Under the pieces are notes generated by a model. The model did not search any database. It saw only the letters and a program-made list of their open reading frames with translations, and had not been told where the DNA came from. Positions 10,114-18,421 of a stretch of DNA of 64,000 nt are shown one piece after another. Position 1 is the stretch's first letter, and every line of letters begins with the position of its first letter. Made by a program: the position numbers and the translations under genes. Source of the DNA: Chthonomonadales bacterium (GTDB taxonomy: Bacteria > Armatimonadota > Chthonomonadetes > Chthonomonadales > CAJBBX01); assembly GCA_037443035.1 (NCBI GenBank), contig JBBIPC010000002.1, positions 160,001 to 224,000 on the forward strand. The letters are read 5' to 3'.

Positions 10114-11265
10114 ATGACAACCACACTGGACGGACGAAGGACGCCGCCGGGCAGCCAGGAAGACATCGGCCAGCCCATACAGAACATCGAGGTATCGGTT
10201 ACACCGGACGCCGTTCGGGTCGAACTCCTCCCCAGGCACGCCGGTTCACCACTGGAACGCCTGCGACCACTGTGGCATGAAGTGGTGAGGCTACCGCGCA
10301 TGGTGCTGAGCGTCACGTCTTCTGACGAACGCCCACGCCTCCTCAGGCTCTCGACCCGTTCGACGGATTCAGCCTGGCGATCATGGTGGACTCGCTGGAC
10401 GTTCGCAGTTCGGACGGTACCGGAGATCCATGGAGGCGACGCCGTCGCGGCTCAGGACATCACACTCGAGGACGATACGATCCTTCAGATACTCGTTCTT
10501 CCTGGAGAGACGCGGGAGGTCGCACTGGAATTCCGTCCTGTCCTGGACGGCACGACTCACCCCGGCGACTATGTCTTCGATATAGTCTACACGGACGTGA
10601 ACGACCGCTCCGAGGGGGCCGTCTCCGCCATGCTTGTGCTCCGGCATCCCGACAGCGTCCTCGAGCGACAGCTACCAGCCATCTACGCCGAGGAGATGGA
10701 CAGACTTCAGGAGGCATCAGGAGAACCCTACGAACCACCGTTCTTCCGGCGGTACCTCCGTGGGTTCGATGATGCGCTGGAGCCCATGAAGGAGACGCTG
10801 GACAACCTGCATCGGTTTTTCGGTGCCTACGAGACGCCGCCGGACTTCCTCCCCTGGCTGGCAACGTGGGTGGACCTCGTTCTGGATCAGAACTGGCCGG
10901 AGATGAAGCGCCGTCGCCTCATACGCGAGGCGGTCGAGCTCTATCGCTGGCGCGGTACCCGGCGTGGGCTCATGCGCTATCTCGAGATCTATGCCGGCGT
11001 GAAACCGGAGATCAACGACCGTCCCTTCCGGGGCATGCGCCTCGGCCCAGACACGGTGCTAGGCACAGGTCTCGAGGATCCAGAAAAGGCCCACCAGAAC
11101 ACCGTGCTTGGTGATGTTCCCGACCATACGTTCGTCGTGACTATCGCAGTACCGGACCCTTCGGCCATTAGTGAGCAAACGGTTCGGGACATCATTGACG
11201 CTCAGAAACCTGCCCACACCGCCTATGTCGTGCGGATTGTACGACGTACATCATCGGAGGAATAG
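10114..11265 (+). CDS. Tail-protein-I-like baseplate wedge protein (Afp12/Cis12-like) with an extra N-terminal Ig-like module
   Basis: C-half has LPAIY, FLPWLATWV and RRLIREAVELYRWRGTRRGL..IIDAQKPAHT. The N-terminal ~175 aa is beta-rich (PGETREVALEF..PGDYVFDIV). Confidence 0.88.
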   Translation: MTTTLDGRRTPPGSQEDIGQPIQNIEVSVTPDAVRVELLPRHAGSPLERLRPLWHEVVRLPRMVLSVTSSDERPRLLRLSTRSTDSAWRSWWTRWTFAVRTVPEIHGGDAVAAQDITLEDDTILQILVLPGETREVALEFRPVLDGTTHPGDYVFDIVYTDVNDRSEGAVSAMLVLRHPDSVLERQLPAIYAEEMDRLQEASGEPYEPPFFRRYLRGFDDALEPMKETLDNLHRFFGAYETPPDFLPWLATWVDLVLDQNWPEMKRRRLIREAVELYRWRGTRRGLMRYLEIYAGVKPEINDRPFRGMRLGPDTVLGTGLEDPEKAHQNTVLGDVPDHTFVVTIAVPDPSAISEQTVRDIIDAQKPAHTAYVVRIVRRTSSEE

Positions 11266-11274
11266 GAGAGTTCC

Positions 11275-12444
11275 ATGCCACTCGAGGACATGATAGCCCA
11301 CCCCATTACCGGCATCCGCCCCTTCAACGAACTCCGTATAGATGCCGAGATCTGGCGCGAAGCCCACGAGCAGCACACGCTCCATCGTCGCCTTCACAAC
11401 GTGTCGGCTCACCGGCCCGGCATCGTCTATGGATTGGAGGTCGTGGTCTCCCAGACGAAGGAGCGGACAATCGTGGTGGCGCCCGGAGTCGCCATAGACG
11501 ATGATGGCAATGTCGTCGTCCTTGGTGAGCCACCAGTGGCGTTCACGCTCGAGGAGAAAGGGCAGACCTATATCACCCTATCGTTCCTCCGCGCTACGGA
11601 CCGGCGATCGGCAGTGACAGTCGGATCCGGTCAGCAGCATTATCGCATCGTCGAAGGTCGCGACGTGCGGGCCACCAAGGAACTCCCGACAGGCCCGTAC
11701 ATCGAACTGGCGCGGATCTGGCGTACTGGCGCTGACAAGCCCGTCAAGGAGGCGGCGAACCCATTCGATCCTGGCAACGACGAGCTCAACCTCCTGAACC
11801 GGCCTATCGCCTTCCCTCATTGTTATGCTGAAGGAGCCGTGGGCGAGCTTTCGTATGTGCCGGTTTCCAATCCCGCCGCATGGAAGCCAAATAGATCCGG
11901 ACTGTGGCATCTGGTCCGGGAAGGCAACGGTCGGGGGTTTCATCTGTCGTTCACCGGTCCCATGAATCTGCGCCAGCCATCCGGGCGCGATCCCATCCTG
12001 CTCTATGTCGCAGGTTCCGAAGCTTTTCAGCCGCTCGCCGATGCCGAAGTCCAAGGCCTTCGCGAATACCTGGGTCGCGGTGGAATGCTGTTTGCCGAGG
12101 CCAGTGGCGGCTCCGAGGCGTTCGCTAAGAGCTTCGAGGAATTGGCGGGCAAGTTGGGCGCGAAGTTGGCGAAGGTCTCGAAGGGGCACCCCTTGCTGAC
12201 CGCTCATCACGTTTTCTCTGGACCACCTCCTGGCGCACAAGAGAAGGGCGTACTTACCGCGGACGTAGAAGCAGGCGTCATCTTGAGCACGTACGATTAT
12301 GGTGGTGCGTGGCAGGGCGATCTCGCCAAGCCCGATGCGGCAGATGCTCGCGACCGAATCCGCCAGGCTCAGGAGTTCGGCCTGAACGTCATCGCCTTCG
12401 CTGCACACCGACTCAGAACACGCGAACTGCGCAAGCTCGGTTAG
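11275..12444 (+). CDS. CIS accessory protein: tail-fibre-attachment-like N-terminus fused to a DUF4159-like domain
   Basis: N-terminal GIVYGLEV..VAPGVAIDDDG motif; C-terminal PILLYVAG..GLREYLGRGGMLFAEA..HPLL pattern typical of DUF4159. Confidence 0.75.
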   Translation: MPLEDMIAHPITGIRPFNELRIDAEIWREAHEQHTLHRRLHNVSAHRPGIVYGLEVVVSQTKERTIVVAPGVAIDDDGNVVVLGEPPVAFTLEEKGQTYITLSFLRATDRRSAVTVGSGQQHYRIVEGRDVRATKELPTGPYIELARIWRTGADKPVKEAANPFDPGNDELNLLNRPIAFPHCYAEGAVGELSYVPVSNPAAWKPNRSGLWHLVREGNGRGFHLSFTGPMNLRQPSGRDPILLYVAGSEAFQPLADAEVQGLREYLGRGGMLFAEASGGSEAFAKSFEELAGKLGAKLAKVSKGHPLLTAHHVFSGPPPGAQEKGVLTADVEAGVILSTYDYGGAWQGDLAKPDAADARDRIRQAQEFGLNVIAFAAHRLRTRELRKLG

Positions 12445-12565
12445 GCAGTAGCCGCCGAGCGTACAGCCGCGAGCATTCATCGTCGCCTGACATAGCGGCG
12501 CAGTCTCCTTGACTGGCGTAGGACGTGAGCACGTCAGGAGCTCGCGTCACACGCCTCATGCGACG

Positions 12566-12594
12566 TTGCCGCTGGAGAGTGCGTCTGCTATAAT
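12566..12594 (+). promoter_or_regulatory. sigma70-type promoter for the two membrane-protein genes
   Basis: TTGCCG (12566-12571), 17-nt spacer, TATAAT (12589-12594) with extended -10 TG. Confidence 0.7.
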
Positions 12595-12667
12595 GGCTGG
12601 GTATGATGCCGTGGCCGCGCGGAGAGCTTTGTAGGCGCGCACCATCCTTGGAAGATCGGAGACGCAA

Positions 12668-15091
12668 GTGGCAGCATCCGAGCAAACGAGGCAGTACCTG
12701 AACCCTCCTCCCCGCAGCGTGCTAGAGGTCGAGGCTGGTTCGGCAGTAGCACTCGCACTCGACTTCAGCAACGAGGCTCCCAACCCGCAGGGTTTCTACC
12801 TCGAAATAGACGGCCTCCCGGCTGCCGACTGGTCTACCGGTGTCGGTCCAACCAGCATGGTAGTAACGGCAGCGTTGGGAGCGGGTACGCTCAAGGCAAC
12901 GTTGCAGCCACCCGTTCGCGCTGCTGCGGCTGAGTATGCTCTGACAGTGAGGATCATCGCCGACGGCTCGGTGCTCGATCCGCCAGGAGACATAGCTCTG
13001 ACCCTCCGTGTGCTACCCGGGCCGGAACCGCCTGAGGAGGAGGTGTCTCCGGAGGCTGCCAGGATCCTGGAGGAAGTAGCCGCTGAGGAGGCGGCCACCC
13101 AAGCCACGTTAGAGACCGCCTTCGAGACATCATCCAGCGCGCCCGCTGTGGAAGTTCCCGCAGTCGAGCCGGCGGTATCCACTCCGGTTCCACCTCCTGC
13201 GCCGGAGCCTGCTCGGCCCACGGAACCGGTCGAGACGCCAACCGTCGCTGAGCCGCCGGCCGTGTCTCCACAGCCAGACATTGGGCCGCAGGTACAGCCA
13301 GCACCGCAGACTCCGGCGGCTACTTCGCCGGCCCCTGAGACACCTGCAAGTCCGCCACGGCCGACACAGCGCTCAGCCTCCGCGGCGCAGCCCCGACCGG
13401 CCGCACCACCCCGCCCTGCCAAGCCACCGGCTGCACCCAAGCCGACAGCTCCGTCGCCTCCTCCGCGGAAGCCCGACGAAGACATGCCCGTCATTGACCT
13501 CGGGGCCACGAGGCCGCACGTCGAAGAAGAGGAGGAAGAGGAACCGGCAATTGCAGAGAGGAGCGTGGTCGATCCCAAGGAGGGTACGGTCATCTCTCTG
13601 AAACCCGGTGAGACCACGCTGGTGCGCTTCAGTTTTCGCAACGAGCAGCGATCGACGCGGACATATGTCATAGACGAGGATCGGTCGCTGGAGCCAGGAT
13701 GGCTCGTTCTCGTGCAAGACCAAGTCAACATCAACGCCAACGGCACGGGTGAAGTCAGTGTGCGCCTCGCCCCACCCATCACAGCGCAGCCCGGGAGCTA
13801 TCCTTTCGTGGTGCGCGTCGGTCCGCTCGGCGCAACGCTGACACCGTGCAGCCTCGTGCTGGAAGTCCAGCCGACGCCTGCAGTGAAGTTGACAACCAAA
13901 CAAGATCTGGTGAAAGTCGGTCCCTTCGGACGGGCAGTGGACTTCGGCCTCATCGTCGAGAGCGCCGGCAACGCCGATACCTCCTTCCGGATCTCGGTGA
14001 AAGACCAGACTGTAGAGACCGATGAGCAGGGCCGCCCGAAGGGACCAGATGATCTGTACGAGACTCCTCTATGGCGGTACCTGTTCGACAAGGAGTTCGA
14101 AACACTCGAGTCCAAGGCCATAGGACGTCCGCCGAACCCCATACCTCTCCGCCTGCGAATGCTGCGCAAGGGCATCTGGTGGTTCGGTTTCAAGGAACAG
14201 CACCAGGCTCGTGTCAAGGCTGTGCCTGTTACCGACCCCACCAACGGAGGCAAGACAGAAAACTCGGTTCTACTGACGGCGATCCGCTGGCGCCTGTTGC
14301 CCATACCCGGCTTCCTGGCATGGCCACTCGCAATCGTCCTGTTCTTGCTCTTGGCTTCCGGCGCGAGCAACATGCGGGTGACCAATGCCTACAGTGTGGG
14401 CAGCTCCTATTATGTCCTGCAGATGCGAGACGATAACTGGACGGAGGGCAAGCCGCCCGTGAACATGACTGCCAAACTCCGGTGGAGCGCCCCGTGGTAC
14501 GCGCTGCTCAGGCTGAAGGCGTCAGAAGAAAACCGGACGGAGACTCACTACTTCGTACACGGGGGCTACGACGATACGATACAGGTCGAGGAATACGGCG
14601 ACAAGCGACGCCGCTCCTATGAAGTCGGTTCTCTGCTCCGTCCTGGCGGTGACCCGATACAGGTTCGGTTCGTCCCCCTGCGAACGGATATGAAATTGCT
14701 GCTCACGATCGGCCCTTCGGCAGCCCCCGTGGACGAATACGAGCGGGATGAATCCATCGGTGAGGACAAGACACCCCTCAAGACGCGAGAGGTCATCATT
14801 GACGTGCCCAGGGATGGCAGCACGCGTATCAACTTCAGCAACCTGACGGACCGAAATCGCGGTTTGAAGATACTGGTTCACCCCGTCACCGTACCCTCCC
14901 AGTTCAGAGTGGAGAACTTCACACTCAACGATTCGTCGCAGATCAACCCGGGAGAAACCCTCACGGCTAAGGTGACCTTTACGGGTACCGCGCCTCCAGA
15001 CGGCTCGAATGTGGAAGAGGATTGGCAGTTCGTCACGACAGACGCCACGCACCAGGTTCTCCATGTGCGCCTCCGGCTGAAGGTGGACTAG
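12668..15091 (+). CDS. Single-pass membrane protein with repeated Ig-like (COG1470/NEW3-like) modules, a Pro-rich linker and a C-terminal Ig-like domain
   Basis: 807-aa ORF with no signal peptide. Pro/Glu-rich linker, one hydrophobic helix (GFLAWPLAIVLFLLLASGA), modules ending AAAEYALTVR and QPGSYPFVVR. Confidence 0.75.
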   Translation: MAASEQTRQYLNPPPRSVLEVEAGSAVALALDFSNEAPNPQGFYLEIDGLPAADWSTGVGPTSMVVTAALGAGTLKATLQPPVRAAAAEYALTVRIIADGSVLDPPGDIALTLRVLPGPEPPEEEVSPEAARILEEVAAEEAATQATLETAFETSSSAPAVEVPAVEPAVSTPVPPPAPEPARPTEPVETPTVAEPPAVSPQPDIGPQVQPAPQTPAATSPAPETPASPPRPTQRSASAAQPRPAAPPRPAKPPAAPKPTAPSPPPRKPDEDMPVIDLGATRPHVEEEEEEEPAIAERSVVDPKEGTVISLKPGETTLVRFSFRNEQRSTRTYVIDEDRSLEPGWLVLVQDQVNINANGTGEVSVRLAPPITAQPGSYPFVVRVGPLGATLTPCSLVLEVQPTPAVKLTTKQDLVKVGPFGRAVDFGLIVESAGNADTSFRISVKDQTVETDEQGRPKGPDDLYETPLWRYLFDKEFETLESKAIGRPPNPIPLRLRMLRKGIWWFGFKEQHQARVKAVPVTDPTNGGKTENSVLLTAIRWRLLPIPGFLAWPLAIVLFLLLASGASNMRVTNAYSVGSSYYVLQMRDDNWTEGKPPVNMTAKLRWSAPWYALLRLKASEENRTETHYFVHGGYDDTIQVEEYGDKRRRSYEVGSLLRPGGDPIQVRFVPLRTDMKLLLTIGPSAAPVDEYERDESIGEDKTPLKTREVIIDVPRDGSTRINFSNLTDRNRGLKILVHPVTVPSQFRVENFTLNDSSQINPGETLTAKVTFTGTAPPDGSNVEEDWQFVTTDATHQVLHVRLRLKVD

Positions 15092-15094
15092 ACC

Positions 15095-17365
15095 ATGAAG
15101 CTCTTGCAGACCGAGATCAACATCGTCCCAGGCGTAGCAGCCCAACGCCAACCGCTGCCGGAGGGCATGGTAGGACAGGGTGCCACCGTTGTCCGCCTCA
15201 CCAATAACACCAGCCAGGAAAACGCCTACACCATTCGCCTGGGCTGCGACAATCCTTACTGGCAAGAGTCTTGGTACACGCTCGTCCCGTTGCCACCGTC
15301 CGGAGCGCCGGAGAACGCACCTCCGGCAGGGAAGCCGGACCAGGTCTCCCATAACGGGCGCGTGGCTACGCTGTTCATCACGCGAGGCGGCGAGCGGGAT
15401 GTCATGGTCGTCTTCAAGGTGCCCAAGGAGTACGATGCCCGCGCAGGTCTCTACGATCTCACTATTCAGGTCGAGACTCGCGTCACGGGACAGTCCGCGG
15501 GTCTCCGGCGCAAGGACAGATTCACCGAGTTACATGCCACCGCCATCATTCGGCCGTTCGAGCCGTTCGATCAGTGGCGAATGGAGCTTCAGCCGGAGAC
15601 CCGCAAGGTGGGATTCTTCCGCCGTTCTACCGAGTTCGAAGCGGTTCTTACTAACGAATGCAATGACTGGCTATACTGCGAGCTACGCGCTCCGCGGCCC
15701 AAGGATGTCCTCATCGAGACTCCGTCGCAGTATATCGCAGTCCCGCCCCCGGAGCCTGGGCAGGAACGCACAGTGCGAACAGTGCCATTTCGTGCAGCAA
15801 GCCGGATCCGCCCGTTCCGCGGGGAACGCGTGCCATTGTCAATTCCCCTGACAGCGGTCCGCATCGCAGCGCCCACCGTAGCTCCGCTGCCCGAAGAAGC
15901 GCTCTATACCCCAGGCAGCGCGAACTGCCATGCTGCCGTCGTTGCCACCGAGACACAAGAAACACGTGTGCCGCCAGTGGAGCAGGCGCTGACGTACTGC
16001 CCACTCTTCCCTGCGACTCTCAGCGGATGTCTTGGTGCAATCGCCCAGAATGCCAAAGGGCTGATCATGACACTCATCGGCCTGATCGTGGCCGCGAACC
16101 TGGCTGTATTCATGTTCGAGCAGATGTTCCGCCACAACATTATCGCCGAACCCTATCGCACGCAGGTGGCACCTGGCGGGGTACTGACGATCGGCGGACG
16201 CTGGGTAAAGGGATCCCGCGTATACATCAATGACGAGACGCAACCCGCCGAGCAGGTTGAACCGCCCGAAGAGAAGGGTCTGCGGAACTTCTTCGCTAAC
16301 GCCCTCAAGGCCGTGCAGCCGTCCCAGTTGCAGCTGATTGCCATCAAGGTACCGGAGACGTACGACGGTAAGAAGATCCGCATTACGGTGCAGCGCGCCG
16401 GAGCGTTGCCGTTCCTCGGCCCTCTTCTACCGAAGTACAAGTGCGGCTCTATGGTGCAAGTCGGTAATCCGCCACGGCCTCCAGCGCCTGCCAAGAAGGC
16501 CTTCGCGTTTGTCGCGCCGACGGTGGCCCCTGGGCAGCAGTTCGCCATCTCCGGCAGCTCACTGGGTACTTCCGGGCAGGTCTTGATGGGATCGGAACCT
16601 GCACGCGTGGTGCGGTGGACACCAACTCGCATCGTGGCGTCACCGCCGGCCAACTTACCGGTCAATGATGCAATACCAGTGAATGTCATACCGAAGGATC
16701 ATGACCCGATCCCGGCCGGCACCATCAAGATCGTCCAGCCAGGTGCGAGCGCCGCCGAGACGCCCTCAGGCACCGCGACGCCACCGACACAAGGAGCTTC
16801 GGGCGCGACCACTCCAACGCTTCCGCCGGTGAATAGGCCCGGACCGGGTACCGTCAGGCCGCCGGTGCGGCCTCCCAGCGTCCCCAGAGGAACTGCAGCG
16901 GCAGCAGCAGCCTACACAGCCCTGCTTCGTGGCGACCCTGGCCAGACGTCGGCGAACGTCAACCGCGCACTCCAGACCAATCCTAACGATCCGCTGGCAC
17001 TCGCGGTAAAGGGCTATGCACTTCTTCGGGATGAGAAACCCGGCGACGCGGCCAGCTCCATCAGCCAGGCTCTGCGTTTGACTGCCGGACAATCCGGACG
17101 CGCGCGATCCGTGGCATTGACGGCATCGGCATGGCTCTCGGAGATGCGCGAAGACCCCACGTCGGCCGAGAGGCAATACAGGGAAGCCCTTAAGGCCGAC
17201 CGTACCTGCACTTTGGCTGCCTATAGCTACGCGTACTACCTCCTCGACAACAACCGACGAGCGGAGGCCATGGAAGTTGTGCGGACTGCGTTGCGCAACA
17301 ACGGTTCAGAGGCCCGGTCGTCCTCCCGTTTCATGGATCTGGCAGGCCAACTCGGCATCCACTAG
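15095..17365 (+). CDS. Single-pass membrane protein: N-terminal Ig-like module, TM helix, IPT/TIG-like domains and C-terminal TPRs
   Basis: Starts 3 nt after the previous stop. TM GLIMTLIGLIVAANLAVFMF; VAPGQQFAISGSSLG..RWTPTRIVA (IPT-like); TPR-like ALQTNPNDPLALAVKGYALL. Confidence 0.75.
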   Translation: MKLLQTEINIVPGVAAQRQPLPEGMVGQGATVVRLTNNTSQENAYTIRLGCDNPYWQESWYTLVPLPPSGAPENAPPAGKPDQVSHNGRVATLFITRGGERDVMVVFKVPKEYDARAGLYDLTIQVETRVTGQSAGLRRKDRFTELHATAIIRPFEPFDQWRMELQPETRKVGFFRRSTEFEAVLTNECNDWLYCELRAPRPKDVLIETPSQYIAVPPPEPGQERTVRTVPFRAASRIRPFRGERVPLSIPLTAVRIAAPTVAPLPEEALYTPGSANCHAAVVATETQETRVPPVEQALTYCPLFPATLSGCLGAIAQNAKGLIMTLIGLIVAANLAVFMFEQMFRHNIIAEPYRTQVAPGGVLTIGGRWVKGSRVYINDETQPAEQVEPPEEKGLRNFFANALKAVQPSQLQLIAIKVPETYDGKKIRITVQRAGALPFLGPLLPKYKCGSMVQVGNPPRPPAPAKKAFAFVAPTVAPGQQFAISGSSLGTSGQVLMGSEPARVVRWTPTRIVASPPANLPVNDAIPVNVIPKDHDPIPAGTIKIVQPGASAAETPSGTATPPTQGASGATTPTLPPVNRPGPGTVRPPVRPPSVPRGTAAAAAAYTALLRGDPGQTSANVNRALQTNPNDPLALAVKGYALLRDEKPGDAASSISQALRLTAGQSGRARSVALTASAWLSEMREDPTSAERQYREALKADRTCTLAAYSYAYYLLDNNRRAEAMEVVRTALRNNGSEARSSSRFMDLAGQLGIH

Positions 17366-17399
17366 GATCACTGATTACGGATCGCCGTACCGAACAAAC

Positions 17400-17430
17400 G
17401 CGGCCCGTTCCTCGCGGAGGAGCGGGCCGC
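17400..17430. terminator. Probable bidirectional terminator hairpin between convergent gene clusters
   Basis: GCGGCCCGTTCCTC-GCG-GAGGAGCGGGCCGC: 14-bp stem with one G-U pair, flanked by AACAAAC and TTCGCTT. Confidence 0.7.
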
Positions 17431-17455
17431 TTCGCTTGCCGGACGACCGGTACCG

Positions 17456-18247
17456 TTACTTCGTCTTGCTCATGAGGCGCTCGATCTCGGCCTTGTCGCT
17501 CGCGGTCAGGTTCTTCAAGGCCTTCGCCTGACCCAATACTGCCCGCGCCTGGTCGGTCTTGTTCTGGGAACAGTACAGCTCGGCCAACCGCAAGTATGGG
17601 ATGACATATTCAGGCGACATCTTGATAGCATCCTTGTAGCTTGCCTCGGCAGCCTCGAGGTCTCCGTTGCTATAGGCGTCGTCGCCCTCCTGTTTCATCT
17701 TGATGGCCGTCGCGCGCTTCTCCTCTGCTGACATCGCCGCCGATCCACCTTCAGAACCACGACGTCCCCAGCTCACCTGGCGCGGTTGGAACGTCTGCCG
17801 GATGCTCGAAACCAGTTGCCTGGCGAGTCCTGCAGGACTCAGGCCCCATTCGCGTGCGAAGCCCGCGTCCGCGGTTATGACGTAGACCGACCCGTCGGAT
17901 GCCTTGGGCAGGTCTGTCGTCTTCAGTCCTGCCACGGTCACGACGACTGCCTTCCCCGCCTTGCCTACCGATAGCCGCTTCCACCAGGCCGGATCCTGAC
18001 TGTGAACAGCACGCAAGCGATCCGCCACCGTCTGGGCGCGCTTGCCGACGGGCCAACCAGGCAGGGAGCTGACTACCTCTACCACGCGCGACCGACGGCC
18101 TGCCACCTGCATATCCACCACGCCAATCCGTTTCCCGCCAGGCGTGTTGACTTCATACGCGCGAAACTCCGGCTGTTGCGCGGCTGCAACCAGTCGTGCC
18201 GCCAGACATGCCGCGGATAGCACCAGCGCCTGGAGCTTTCTCTTCAT
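17456..18247 (-). CDS. Exported protein with C-terminal TPR repeats
   Basis: Start at ATG 18247 after GAGGAGG. Signal peptide MKRKLQALVLSAACLAARLVAAA; TPR GDDAYSNGDLEAAEASYKDAIKMSPEYVIPYLRLAELY. Confidence 0.8.
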   Translation of the reverse strand: MKRKLQALVLSAACLAARLVAAAQQPEFRAYEVNTPGGKRIGVVDMQVAGRRSRVVEVVSSLPGWPVGKRAQTVADRLRAVHSQDPAWWKRLSVGKAGKAVVVTVAGLKTTDLPKASDGSVYVITADAGFAREWGLSPAGLARQLVSSIRQTFQPRQVSWGRRGSEGGSAAMSAEEKRATAIKMKQEGDDAYSNGDLEAAEASYKDAIKMSPEYVIPYLRLAELYCSQNKTDQARAVLGQAKALKNLTASDKAEIERLMSKTK

Positions 18248-18421
18248 CCTGAGCCTCCTCCTATGGCGGACACCCCGCCTCTTCCGCGTTTGCGGACAAT
18301 GATCTGAACAACAACCACTCGCCCCGCGCTGCTGCAACGAGGCACACTCGTCTAGACGTTACCACTCCCTTGCTCTGTTCCCAATCTACAGCCGACTACC
18401 TTGCGTCGGCCTTCTGGCGGA

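Noticed and set aside
2..12444. Prophage tail region or canonical T6SS
   Set aside because: No head, terminase or integrase genes and no TssJLM, TssK or ClpV in the window. Gene order and the LysM and baseplate types match eCIS-like loci.
18351..18381. ECF-type promoter (GGAAC..CGTC) upstream of the TPR gene on the minus strand
   Set aside because: The 18-nt spacer is longer than typical and I found no second copy to support it.
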